This document shows, piece by piece, positions 9,572-20,399 of a stretch of DNA of 64,000 bases; position 1 is the stretch's first letter, and every line of letters starts with the position of its first letter. The DNA comes from Promethearchaeota archaeon. GTDB taxonomy: Archaea; Asgardarchaeota; Lokiarchaeia; Sigyniarchaeales; SOKP01. The notes beneath the pieces were generated by a model. The model made no database searches, had not been told where the DNA came from, and was given only the letters and a program-made list of their open reading frames with translations. Position numbers and translations under genes: made by a program. The stretch spans positions 64,001 to 128,000 of the forward strand of contig JAHLWP010000002.1 in assembly GCA_019057865.1 (NCBI GenBank), read 5' to 3'.

Positions 9572-11143
9572 TTATTCATCTTGAATATAAGGTTTCCCTA
9601 ACTGCAAAGAAATTTCTGCTTTCTTTAACTCTCTACCAATGTAATTAATATGAGAAAGATTTTTAGTTAAATTTTCTTCTATAAATTTTTTACTCAAAGC
9701 TTCTGCATTGGTTCCAATTAAAGTATTGAGTAACTTATGTTCATTTGAGAAAAATACTACATAAATTTTTCTTGAATAATGATCTACATAAATCTTACAA
9801 TATCCTTTTTTATCTGGAATATAATTAGGATTAAGTTCTTCAACAATTATTGCATCTCTCTCATCAATTTTCGGTATCACTTGACTAGTTTTTCCTTTTG
9901 CTTTAAAAATTTGAATTCCTTGATTAATTGGTGGTGTTTTATTATATTTTGAAATGTAAGTTAATTTCACACTTTCTTTTAACTCTGCAACACCACCCAT
10001 TAATTTTGTGCTATGCTCAACGGTAAATAATATACCCATACCTAATTCAATTGCTATACTAGCTAAAAGTCCATTAATTCCGACAGAATCAATATCCATT
10101 AATTCAACTACATTTGATATGCCAAAAAACATAGGGAGCTCTAAATTTGTGTTTTTTGGTTTATTAATTTCCTTTTTATACAAAAAATAAGCTTCTAAAG
10201 AATTACAAATTCCTGGAGTGATTGGTGTTTCAAGCAATGGATCTGCTATTAATTTCTCAAAACCAATATCTTGCATCCTTTTCGTCAATTCAAGCAAATT
10301 ATTAACGCGTGTTTCCGGGTCATTTGGAAAATATCCCTCATTAATTTTAGTTGGTAATATAACAATAGGGATATTTCTTGGGATATCTGAAAATTCCATA
10401 TAATTTCCTAAATCTATGCTAAGGATTAAATCCACTTTACTCTCTATAGCGGCTAATATCTCGTTAGTATCCATTGAATCAATACTAATTAATATATTAA
10501 AATCGTTTCTAATGAGATCAATGATATTTTTAACTCTCTGGGGGTTGGGTTTATTTGCAACACATCCAATATCGATTATATCTGCTCCTGAGTTAATATA
10601 ATGCTTCACTTTCTTAATTATACCTTTATCAGACTTTTCAGTACAATTTACAATCTCAGCTATTATAGGGGGAGGCAAATTTCGCCCTATTATTATATTT
10701 GAACTTTTTTTATTAAGATAAAATGTGTGATATCCAATATTCTTCTTTGCATGATCTAAACGCTCTTTCAGGATTTGATTGTACAACTTTTCACCAGAAA
10801 TTTCTATTAATTTATTTGCTGGAATTGTATTTGATAATTCAATATTTTCAAGGTTTTTTAATATTGAAGGTAAATCAGAAGCGAATTCTGGTCCTTTTTT
10901 GATCTTAGTATAAAAAATTTTTTCTAAACTACTTGTATTCCATTGAACGAACCCAGGAAGTAAAATTAAATTAAATTGAGAAAGATCTTGATTTTTCAGA
11001 ATGCTATCAGTCATTTTTTCTGTTAAAAATGCAGATACTGAAATTGGAGCTTTAAATATGGAAATAAAATGTTCTTCAATGGGTTGTACAATCTTTTTAA
11101 TAGTTGGATAACTATTTTGACCTGTAATTATGAGAATTTTAAT
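9572..11143 (-). CDS. Dihydropteroate synthase-like protein (MJ0107 type, C-terminal DUF4346); extended to a probable ATT start
   Basis: IIAEI, GADIIDIG, ISIDS, NVVELMDIDSVGIN, YIGRELKKAE; frame open 43 codons upstream of ATG 11014, reading IKILIITGQNSY. Confidence 0.85.
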   Translation of the reverse strand: MKILIITGQNSYPTIKKIVQPIEEHFISIFKAPISVSAFLTEKMTDSILKNQDLSQFNLILLPGFVQWNTSSLEKIFYTKIKKGPEFASDLPSILKNLENIELSNTIPANKLIEISGEKLYNQILKERLDHAKKNIGYHTFYLNKKSSNIIIGRNLPPPIIAEIVNCTEKSDKGIIKKVKHYINSGADIIDIGCVANKPNPQRVKNIIDLIRNDFNILISIDSMDTNEILAAIESKVDLILSIDLGNYMEFSDIPRNIPIVILPTKINEGYFPNDPETRVNNLLELTKRMQDIGFEKLIADPLLETPITPGICNSLEAYFLYKKEINKPKNTNLELPMFFGISNVVELMDIDSVGINGLLASIAIELGMGILFTVEHSTKLMGGVAELKESVKLTYISKYNKTPPINQGIQIFKAKGKTSQVIPKIDERDAIIVEELNPNYIPDKKGYCKIYVDHYSRKIYVVFFSNEHKLLNTLIGTNAEALSKKFIEENLTKNLSHINYIGRELKKAEISLQLGKPYIQDE

Positions 11144-12242
11144 CTAGATCACGTATTAATTTATCTTTTTCAAATGGAATAAAAATATCGTCAAGAATTG
11201 AACCCGATGCTTCTTTAATTTTTAAGTTATTTATTATTGGCTCGAATCGACCTCCTAATATTCCATTGGCTATGAAAGCAGCACCTTGAGCAGCACGTTT
11301 AGCTATTTGACTATAAGATTTCATAATTTTAACAGGAGCAACATCTTTTAAACCACGAATCATCCTGTCTCTTAAATAAGTTAATTCAGCACCCCTCCCA
11401 GCCAATAAAACTTCCAATATTTTTTCTTTTTGTGAAAATGATGATGCAATTCCATATACTGCTTTTTTAACGCTTGAAATATAAGCTTTAAGGGCAGTTT
11501 TGGTTTGTTCATCCCTTTCAGCTAGAAGAGTTATTTCTCTTAAGCTTAAATCAGAATATCCAGAGATATAAGCTACTCCACCTTTATATATATTTTTCTT
11601 TCTGATATTTTTTATTAGATAGGCTAATTCTCCATCAAGAGAACCACAAGCTCTAAATCCCATGATATTAGAACCACCAATCCCATCAATTATTTGCCCA
11701 TTTTCAATCGCTAAAACAGCAGTAAATCCATATCCAATTTCAACCATAATAAAATTAGTTTTTTCAGGAGCAACATTAAATCTCTCCATTTGATCTCTTA
11801 TTCCCGTTACAGTGGTACATAACTTATCTGCTGTTCCCATATCAATTTTATTAATCTTTCTATATCTTGGAATGGTGGGTAAATGTTTCACTCCTGGAAC
11901 AATTACTCCTTTAATATTTTGAGATTTAATTAATCTTAATACTTTTCCAAGACCTATTAATTTATCTTTATCTTTCTGATCAAATTTTAAAAGAGTAAAA
12001 AAAATATCTTTTTCAGTTAAATCTCGTACGTTTTTTAATGGAAGGCCAAATCCACTAGGAGAAACCATTAAATCAATATTTTGAACAGATTTAATAATAT
12101 TAATTGCTTTTTGGGGATCTTGTATTAATTCTTTTGTAGGTATTGAAGTGTCTAAAATTATTTTATTATCTTCTAATCCAAAAAAATCCCATGATAAGCT
12201 GCCAGGGTCCACGCCTAAAGTGATCAAATTTCCCATTTTCAC
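11139..12242 (-). CDS. DUF1464 family protein (ASKHA/butyrate-kinase-like fold)
   Basis: GVDPGS, PSGFGLP, PGVKHLPTIP..RKINKIDMGTADK, AAQGAA. Confidence 0.85.
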   Translation of the reverse strand: MKMGNLITLGVDPGSLSWDFFGLEDNKIILDTSIPTKELIQDPQKAINIIKSVQNIDLMVSPSGFGLPLKNVRDLTEKDIFFTLLKFDQKDKDKLIGLGKVLRLIKSQNIKGVIVPGVKHLPTIPRYRKINKIDMGTADKLCTTVTGIRDQMERFNVAPEKTNFIMVEIGYGFTAVLAIENGQIIDGIGGSNIMGFRACGSLDGELAYLIKNIRKKNIYKGGVAYISGYSDLSLREITLLAERDEQTKTALKAYISSVKKAVYGIASSFSQKEKILEVLLAGRGAELTYLRDRMIRGLKDVAPVKIMKSYSQIAKRAAQGAAFIANGILGGRFEPIINNLKIKEASGSILDDIFIPFEKDKLIRDLD

Positions 12243-12471
12243 ATTATATTAAAAAGTCATTGTATTAAAAATAAGTAATTATATTATAGTACTTCTAGAA
12301 ATTATCTATATTTCATTATAATTTTTAGTTTTTTTTATTATTAGCTCAAATTAAAATTATTTATTTTTTGAACTGATTAGCCATAAAACTTTTAGATTTT
12401 AAGTCAAAAATATAAATAATTATAAAAATTTAAAAATAACATAATTTAAATTTGAATAATAATCAATTTAG

Positions 12472-13014
12472 GTGAAAAAAATTACAAAAGTAAACGTGTT
12501 TGTATGCAAAATTTGTGGAGAAGCTTATATTGGAGAAGAAGCTCCTAGTCGCTGCCCATTTTGTGGAGCTTTCAAGAAATTTTTCGTTAAAGCAAAAGAT
12601 TATGATGATACTGGAGCATGGGATGTCGAATTAAATGAAAAAGACAAAGCAAACGCAGAGAAAGCCTTAGAAGTGGAAGTCTCAAATACAATCTTTTATA
12701 AATGTTCTAACACGAAAACACCAGAACTAGAAGGTCAGAAATTATTTAAAATTTTGGGTAGAGTCGAGCAAGAACATGCAGCTGTCTGGCGGAAAATCTT
12801 AAAGCTTGATAAAGTAGAATTCCCTAAATATGATAAATGTGCTGCGGAATATAAACCTAATCTCGAGGAATCACATAGCAGAGAGGACAGAGCAATAAGA
12901 TTTTATGGACAAGCTGCTGCTGAAGCTGAAAATCCACGAGTAAAAGAGATATTTCAGGCTTTTGTAGAGGTAGAAACAGATCATCTTCATTTATCAGAAG
13001 CAAGACTTAAGTAG
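12472..13014 (+). CDS. Rubredoxin-ferritin fusion (reverse rubrerythrin-like)
   Basis: CKICG..CPFCG followed by ExxH di-iron motifs (EQEH, ETDH). Confidence 0.85.
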   Translation: MKKITKVNVFVCKICGEAYIGEEAPSRCPFCGAFKKFFVKAKDYDDTGAWDVELNEKDKANAEKALEVEVSNTIFYKCSNTKTPELEGQKLFKILGRVEQEHAAVWRKILKLDKVEFPKYDKCAAEYKPNLEESHSREDRAIRFYGQAAAEAENPRVKEIFQAFVEVETDHLHLSEARLK

Positions 13015-13223
13015 AAGAAATTGTAAAACCATTATTATCACTCCTAATGTAATTTATAGAAAGACTTAAATAAAACAAAACTTAAATTTATTATTTTTTT
13101 AATCCTTTTCTATAATAATTTTAACTTGTTATGAAAAGTAAAAATAAGTTATATATATCTTAGACAATAATTTGCATTTAATTTTATAATATTATTTAAT
13201 AGTAATAGCAGGAAAGAAAAACA

Positions 13224-15722
13224 ATGAATAATATTTATGGAAATTTAGATAATATAGGAGAACAGCGACAGCGAATAGCAAAACCTCACGATCTTTCTCC
13301 ACGATCAAAATGGTTAAGAGATTATTACTTTAAGGGAAATGAAAGAGAATGAAATAATCAATACATGCCCTTTACTACTGGAACGGAGTGGGATTTAATT
13401 TTTGAAGAAAGTAATATGTATATTGTTCCAGGAGCACACCTTTATGTAGGAAATAAAGGTAAAGGAGTATTTGAAAGTTGCTTTCGATCAATGGCAATAC
13501 CAGTTAAATTACCTGAAAATTTCTGGAAATTATCGCTTCCTGAACGAAGAATAATCCTTTTTGAAGAAGTAATGTTAAATTACATCCCACATGAAATAAT
13601 TTCCGAGAATGATTTAATAGCAGGTGGAAGATTTCATACACAATTAAGTAAGTGTTTTACAAAAAAGGAGGCTAATCAATTTTGGAAGAAAAATTTAAAG
13701 ATTCGAAAAGCTGTTTTTAAATTCCACCATTCTGGTTTTGGAAATTTAGGGGCTGTTGGTGGTCATATTATCCCCGACCATGAAACTATAATAAAGAAAG
13801 GATTTGAGTTTGTCTATGAAAAAGCAAAAAGTAGATATGAACAGCTAAATAAAAAAGAAAAGGAAGGTTCTAAAGGTCAAGAAATTCTAGCAATGATAAG
13901 AGCTGCAGAAATTCCTAGAAAACTAGCTAAAAAATATGCTGAAGAATGTCTACGCTTAAAAGAAGAAGCATCAACACCAGATAGAGTTAAGGAACTAGAA
14001 GAAATGGCTAAGAATTTAGAACATGTCCCATGGGAACCAGCTGAGACTTTCTGGCAAGGGATTCAAGCACTCTGGCTTATTCATATGTTAACTATATCAG
14101 AGGAATCATATCCCGGTGCAGGAACATCTTTTGGAAGAACAGATCAATACTTATGGCCTTTGTACAAAAAGGATGTCATTGATGAGAAAAAAATTACGAA
14201 AGAATTTGCAAAAGATATTTTGGGAAGCTTTTGGTTTCATTGTAATACGGTATATGATGCACAAATAATGGTTGGAAAACAAGGGATCACAAGTGGCTTT
14301 GGACAGTTAATGACATTATCGGGATGTGGTCCTAATGGAGAAGATTTAACAAATGAATTAACATATACAATCTTAGAAGTCGTTGATGAATGGTCTCCAA
14401 TATTGGAACCCAAACCAAATATTCGTTTGCATCGAAATTCTCCTGATAAACTTTTAGATAAAATCACTAATATGATTTCAAGATCACAAGGCGCTCCCTT
14501 TTTAATAAATTTTGATGAGAGGGCTATTGCAGGATTACTTGAAGAGGGTATTATAAGAGAAGAAGCTTGGAACTATGCTTGCGTTGGTTGTTTAGAAAAT
14601 ACTATGCAAGGAAATGATCGTTCAGGTACAGTAAATTGCAACCCAAATTTAGCTAAGAGTATTGAGCTGACATTATGGAATGGATCAAATATGCCAGGAA
14701 ACTTTGAAAAACCTTGGAATAAAGACGGAGAGCAATTTGGACCAAAAACCGGAGATTCTAACAATTTTAAAACTTGGGAAGATTTTTGGAATGCTTGGCA
14801 GGCACAAATGAAGTTTATTATAAAATATACTATTGATGTATATAATATAAGCGAATTACTTCGAGCAGAATATATACCAACTCCATATATATCGACTCTA
14901 GTTCGTGGTTGCATTGAGAAGGGTTTAGATGTGAGAAAAGGTGGGCCTGAATTACGATTTATAACTATTGAGGGTGTAGGATTCGCAACAACAGTGGATT
15001 CATTGTTAGCAATTAAACATTTAGTCTATGACGAAAAGAAATATACTATAACTGAAATTAAAAAGGCATTGATGAATAATTATAAGGGATATGAAATTAT
15101 GCAAACAACATTAAGAAATAAAGCTCCTAAATACGGAAATGATGACGATGATGCTGATGAATTAGCAAAAAATGTAATGAAATTATGGGCAGATGAAACA
15201 TGGAAATATAAAACACCTAATAATTTTCAATATCGACCAGGAATGTTATCATGGAATTATTGGGCCGGTGCTGACGCACGATTTACCATAGCTACTCCAG
15301 ATGGTCGAAAAGCAGGAACCTTTCTTTCTAATGCAATATGTCCCTCTAATGGAGTTGATAAAAAAGGACCTACAGCAGTTACTAATTCTGTAGGGATTGC
15401 TTTGGGGGGAAAAACTGATAGTGGAGAATATTTGAATTTTCTACCTAATGGAGCAAGTCACACCATTACATTTAATCCAAGTATTATTAAAGATCCTGAA
15501 AATAAAGAAAAATTTAAATCATATTTGAGAGGTTATGTTGAGAACGGTGGGACTTGTTTACAAGTTAATATGTTAGATGCGGAGTTGTTAAAAGATGCAC
15601 AGGACCATCCAGAGAATTATAAGGACTTGTTAGTACGTATCACTGGATATAATGCCTACTTCAATACGATCGGAAGGGAACTTCAAGATGAAATAATTGC
15701 ACGAGAATCTCATAAAATATAA
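13224..15722 (+). CDS. Glycyl radical enzyme (PFL2/eliminase type) with in-frame TGA at 13350-13352; possible pseudogene or restart at ATG 13365
   Basis: CVGCLE thiyl loop, LLVRITGY glycyl motif; ATG 13224 reads MNNIYG...WLRDYYFKGNERE*NNQYMPFTTG in the same frame. Confidence 0.88.
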
Positions 15723-15768
15723 ATTTTATTTTTTATTTTGAATTTTTTTTAATAGGTGTAAAATTTTT

Positions 15769-16740
15769 ATGATTGAGGTTGATAAGGGATTAATCTTTGA
15801 AATACAGAAGATGTCAACTGAAGATGGACCAGGTATTAGGACAACAGTTTTTTTTAAGCAATGTCCTTTAAGATGTGTATGGTGTCATAATCCCGAATCA
15901 ATCTTGAGAAAAAAACAGCTACAATGGTTTAAACATAAATGTATTGGATGCAAGACATGTATAGAGACTTGTGAAGAAAAAGCCTTAATGCTCAATCAAG
16001 ATGGTATGCATATAGATAGAGAAAAGTGTAATAGTTGCGGAAGGTGTGTTGAGGAATGTCCAAGTACAGCATTAAATATGTTTGGTAAATGGTGGGATTT
16101 AGAGGAGTTATTCTATGAGATTAATAAAGATAAAATTTATTATCTTAAATCAAATGGAGGGATCACGGTCTCAGGAGGTGAACCTACCGTACAATCTAAT
16201 TTTATAGCAAATTTTTTAAAGAAATGTAAGGAAAATGATATCTCAACAGCTCTAGATACTTGCGGATATTCTTCAAAAAAGATTTATGAAAAAATAATAC
16301 CATATGTTGATTTAGTGCTTTTAGATATCAAAGAAATTAATTCTGAAAAACATGAGAAATGGACAGGGGTATCAAACGAGCAAATCTTTGAAAATGCTAG
16401 ATGGCTCGCGATCAACCTTAAAAAAGATGGAAAAGAGTTGTGGATACGTACACCTCTTATTCCTCACTATACCGCCACAGACGAAAACATTCGAGGAATT
16501 GGTGAATTTATTGTAAATGACTTAAATAACTTCCCTTCACGATGGGATTTACTTGCTTTTAATAGTTTATGCACGGCAAAATATGAGCGTTTAGATCTTG
16601 ATTGGATTTTGAAAGATGAACCTCTTATGACAAATGAGGAAATGGAACATTTTTTTGAAACTGCTAAATCTACTGGAGTTAATAATGTCAAATGGTCTGG
16701 TTTAACGAAAAAGATTAGTAATGAAAATATAAGTGAATAA
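15769..16740 (+). CDS. Glycyl-radical enzyme activating enzyme (radical SAM with 2x[4Fe-4S] insert)
   Basis: DGPGIRTTVFFK.CPLRCVWCHNPE, CIGCKTC, CNSCGRC, GITVSGGEP. Confidence 0.93.
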   Translation: MIEVDKGLIFEIQKMSTEDGPGIRTTVFFKQCPLRCVWCHNPESILRKKQLQWFKHKCIGCKTCIETCEEKALMLNQDGMHIDREKCNSCGRCVEECPSTALNMFGKWWDLEELFYEINKDKIYYLKSNGGITVSGGEPTVQSNFIANFLKKCKENDISTALDTCGYSSKKIYEKIIPYVDLVLLDIKEINSEKHEKWTGVSNEQIFENARWLAINLKKDGKELWIRTPLIPHYTATDENIRGIGEFIVNDLNNFPSRWDLLAFNSLCTAKYERLDLDWILKDEPLMTNEEMEHFFETAKSTGVNNVKWSGLTKKISNENISE

Positions 16741-16759
16741 ATTATAAAGTTGAATAATT

Positions 16760-17644
16760 ATGAATGAAAAAAGTAAAATGGCAGAATGGTGTTCTGAAGC
16801 TTCGAAAGAAGCTATAGAATTTACTCAACCTGAAATGATGTTGAAGTTAATAGGAACCATAGATGAGAGAGGATGGCCACATATAACATTTATTGCAATG
16901 AATCGAATTATTGATAAGAATACAATAGTTTGGGGTGCATTTACAACAGGAACTAGTAAAAGAAACGTTTCAAAAAACCCTAAACAAGGAATTTTTTATA
17001 TGACAGCAGATATGCCCTTTAAATTTCTACAAATTAAGGCAGATTTTAGTCATACAACTAAAGAAGGAAAGGATTTAGAATATTTTAATAGTACAAATTT
17101 ATTTAGATACTTTCCCTATTATAGGATCCATACTGCTTATTATAATAATATCGTTAGTTCTTCTCCCGTGAAAAATTTACCTTTATTTGGAATTATAAAA
17201 GGGATTCTAAAAAATATAATTGGTAAAGGGGGAGCAAAAACAAAGCTAAAGGAAAGGCGTTTGAATGTTATAGGATATAAGTTATTTACAACAGCTATAG
17301 CTATTAGAGCAATTGCTTATATTGATCCTTCAAATGGGTACCCAATTATTATTCCATGTATTCAGCTTCAAGCAGCTGATCATAATAGATTAGTATTTCC
17401 TCCTTCTGTCTTAAAGGAAGATTTGTATCAGATTCCTATCGATTCTAAAGTTGCTGTTTTTGGTATGAATTTCGATTTTGCGAGTCAAGTGGTAAAAGGT
17501 ACATTTACCGGTTTTAAAAGATTCAGAGGAATCAAATTCGGTGTTATCGAAATTGAAGAAATTTACAATAGTTCACCTTTAGTTGTAGGGAAGATATATC
17601 CTGAGATTGAAACTCGTCCAAAAGTAACTGATTTTCATTTATAG
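16760..17644 (+). CDS. Tandem FMN-binding split-barrel (pyridoxamine 5'-phosphate oxidase-like) protein
   Basis: GTIDERGWPH and AYIDPSNGYP repeats typical of split-barrel domains. Confidence 0.65.
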   Translation: MNEKSKMAEWCSEASKEAIEFTQPEMMLKLIGTIDERGWPHITFIAMNRIIDKNTIVWGAFTTGTSKRNVSKNPKQGIFYMTADMPFKFLQIKADFSHTTKEGKDLEYFNSTNLFRYFPYYRIHTAYYNNIVSSSPVKNLPLFGIIKGILKNIIGKGGAKTKLKERRLNVIGYKLFTTAIAIRAIAYIDPSNGYPIIIPCIQLQAADHNRLVFPPSVLKEDLYQIPIDSKVAVFGMNFDFASQVVKGTFTGFKRFRGIKFGVIEIEEIYNSSPLVVGKIYPEIETRPKVTDFHL

Positions 17645-17682
17645 TTTTAAGAAAAATTGAATCTTAACTTTTTATTTTTGAT

Positions 17683-19110
17683 TTATTTCTTTAAAATATA
17701 TTTTTCTCTATTCTTTCTTGTATCATCAATCCAGTTATCAATATTCTCTAATAATTCTTCTATTTCTCTTTTACTTAATCCGAGATGAGGATCTTTACGT
17801 TGGTATAAATTAGCATATTTACCCATTTCCCACATAAATTTAGATTGAAGAATAATTCTCTGGAGATTATTTCTGGCAAGTTCAAATGCTTTTCCAATTA
17901 AATGCATTTCATAATTTCCTTTAACAATATCTTTTAGATAAAGTAGTATTTGTTCAATATTACCTTCAGGAGGATATGGAAGTAGTTTCTCTTCAACTGG
18001 TTCATGTTTCATAGTTCTAATTTCAAATTTTTTTCCTAGAGGCCCTTTCTGTGTATCAATTTGGCTAATATCAGATGCACTTCTTTCAGAAGGTTTAATA
18101 GCTGGTGTTACAGGAGGATGAGTTTCTAACTCTTTAATAACAGCTGACGTTTCCAGTTCCTCTCTTGTATTTCTTTTAAATTGTGGTGACCAGTAAAAAT
18201 ATGAATTCATACGGTTTTCAGCTGAAAAGAAAATTGATTCTTTTGGCATTGTTTTTGTAGTTTTAATAATTCTTTCTTTAAAAGCGAGGGATGGCTCGGA
18301 AATAAGGACTCTTGATGCATTATCTAATATTGAAAAGAGATACATAGGGTCATACACTAAAGTTGAGAACTTGTCTCTTAAAGAGGATATTTTTTGTTCA
18401 ATCTTCTTAAGTTCTGAGGCTGAAAATATATCACTTAAATGTTGATCAACCCCAAGAGAGATGTTATTTAAACCTGCTGTTGGATTTAAATAATTACTCT
18501 TTAAATTTTCATTCATTTTAGTAGAAATTAGGATACTGTTATAAAAATCCCAATGGGTACTTAAAATCATATGGCCGTCTTCCAATTGATAAGATTCCTT
18601 ATTTTGGATTGTTTCCATCACTTTTAAAAAAATATCTTTATATGGAATGAAAACATTCCTCATCAACGCTCCTCGAATGAAAGATTTTTCAGTATTCGAT
18701 TTATATGATAAATCGATTGGAACTTTGATTAATCTATCACCGATAATAACATCTCTGTCATTTTCCAACGTAATATTTGTAAGTGAAGCCAAGTGATCAT
18801 AAACAAAATCTGATAAAATTAATCCTGTTAATTGTCTACCATCCGTAATATATCTTCCAGATTTAAGTTCAAATTTAGAATAATAATATCCTAAGCCGAA
18901 AAGATAATGTAGCCATCTTTTCTCAGATACATCTCCTAATTTAATTTTAATTGGAATTGAACATTCAATTCCCGCTAAAAATAGGACAAGATCAGAATCA
19001 ATTTTAGACACAAAATGATTTACATACTTTCCTAAGGTAGGATAACCTAATAGATCCCCCCAACTAGGAATTACAAAAAGCATATTATTATTAACTAATC
19101 TGCTGATCAT
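17683..19110 (-). CDS. Hypothetical protein
   Basis: 475-aa ORF with host-like codon usage; no motif recognised. Confidence 0.75.
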   Translation of the reverse strand: MISRLVNNNMLFVIPSWGDLLGYPTLGKYVNHFVSKIDSDLVLFLAGIECSIPIKIKLGDVSEKRWLHYLFGLGYYYSKFELKSGRYITDGRQLTGLILSDFVYDHLASLTNITLENDRDVIIGDRLIKVPIDLSYKSNTEKSFIRGALMRNVFIPYKDIFLKVMETIQNKESYQLEDGHMILSTHWDFYNSILISTKMNENLKSNYLNPTAGLNNISLGVDQHLSDIFSASELKKIEQKISSLRDKFSTLVYDPMYLFSILDNASRVLISEPSLAFKERIIKTTKTMPKESIFFSAENRMNSYFYWSPQFKRNTREELETSAVIKELETHPPVTPAIKPSERSASDISQIDTQKGPLGKKFEIRTMKHEPVEEKLLPYPPEGNIEQILLYLKDIVKGNYEMHLIGKAFELARNNLQRIILQSKFMWEMGKYANLYQRKDPHLGLSKREIEELLENIDNWIDDTRKNREKYILKK

Positions 19111-19260
19111 GATATAGATCTTTAATCTTTAGTTGTGAAATTTGAAATCAATTTATGGATTAGATTTTTAATATAAAAAATTTTATTGAATTTATTTTTT
19201 TGTTAAAATATTTAAAATTTTGAACAATTTTTATATTGTAAGTTGATAAGCTAAAAACGG

Positions 19261-20001
19261 TTGTTATTAATGAGACTAAATTATAGAGAATTGGGGTTAA
19301 ACTTAAATTATTTATATGAAATATTAGCTACTACTTTTTCTATTGGCAAATCAAAAAATAAAATTATTCCTAATACTGCTTGTATGGGTATTAGATTAAT
19401 TAATGACACAACAATTAAAATCACACCTTATCCAAATACTGCAACATGTAAGAATTTAAAAGCAAATAGATATATTTCGATTAATTTTTTAGATGATATT
19501 TATTTATATGCACTAGCTGCTTTAAAAAAGTTGAAACCTAATTTACTCTTTACAGAATTTCCCTCTAAATATTATAGTTATTATGAAATTACTAAAGAAT
19601 TAAAGCAAATTGATAATTTAAATTTAAAAAATATTTCAATGCCTTTTATAAATAATGCTTGGGCGGTAATCTTTTGTAAGGCAATTGAGGAACAACAAAC
19701 AATTAAACAAAATAGTTTAGGAGAAGTTAAACTCTCTGAATTTAAATTGGATATAATTTCTTTTAATAAATCTAAAGAATCTTTTAAACTGTTTAATAGA
19801 GCAGAAAATTTAGCTTTAGAAATTATTTTACTTTCCACTCGATTGAAAGCAGCAAAGGAAAAAAATATTCAACCTTTAATTTATAAAATTCATGAGACAA
19901 TTATCAATCATATGGAAAATGTTGAAAGATTTGGAAAAAATGAAAGAGCTCTTAAATCAATAGAAATTGCTAGAAATTATATTAGTGCTTTAATGGATTA
20001 A
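19261..20001 (+). CDS. DUF447 family protein
   Basis: YEILATT..PNTACMGI...T.KNL..., FNRAENLALE...STR; lies beside mptD/mptG. Confidence 0.75.
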   Translation: MLLMRLNYRELGLNLNYLYEILATTFSIGKSKNKIIPNTACMGIRLINDTTIKITPYPNTATCKNLKANRYISINFLDDIYLYALAALKKLKPNLLFTEFPSKYYSYYEITKELKQIDNLNLKNISMPFINNAWAVIFCKAIEEQQTIKQNSLGEVKLSEFKLDIISFNKSKESFKLFNRAENLALEIILLSTRLKAAKEKNIQPLIYKIHETIINHMENVERFGKNERALKSIEIARNYISALMD

Positions 20002-20393
20002 TCTATTTTATAGATTTTTTCTATAAACATTAGTGGATATTGCATATTTTCAACCCAATCAATCTTAGCAACTATTTCTATTGACTCATATTGAATAATT
20101 AATTCTACTCTGATAATTTTCCCTGAAATTTCGTCATAATCGAATTCTGTAGATTTTTCTCCACTAATTTTTTCTCGATCTAAATTTATTTTTACTGATC
20201 TTACAAATGGTTGGCATGAAATAGCTGCTTCTATTCCTTTCTCAATAGATTGAATAATACTTTCATTAGATTGAATAGGAATTCCACAAAGAATGTGATA
20301 AAGAGCACCCAGCTTTATACCAGACTCAAAACACGCTCTTTCTCTGATACTGAGATCTGGTGAAAACAAGATTTTTTCATTATTTTTTGTCAT
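19998..20393 (-). CDS. mptD: Archaeal dihydroneopterin aldolase
   Basis: RERACFESGIKLGALYH, QPFV, YPLM. Confidence 0.9.
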   Translation of the reverse strand: MTKNNEKILFSPDLSIRERACFESGIKLGALYHILCGIPIQSNESIIQSIEKGIEAAISCQPFVRSVKINLDREKISGEKSTEFDYDEISGKIIRVELIIQYESIEIVAKIDWVENMQYPLMFIEKIYKID

Positions 20394-20399
20394 TTCTAC

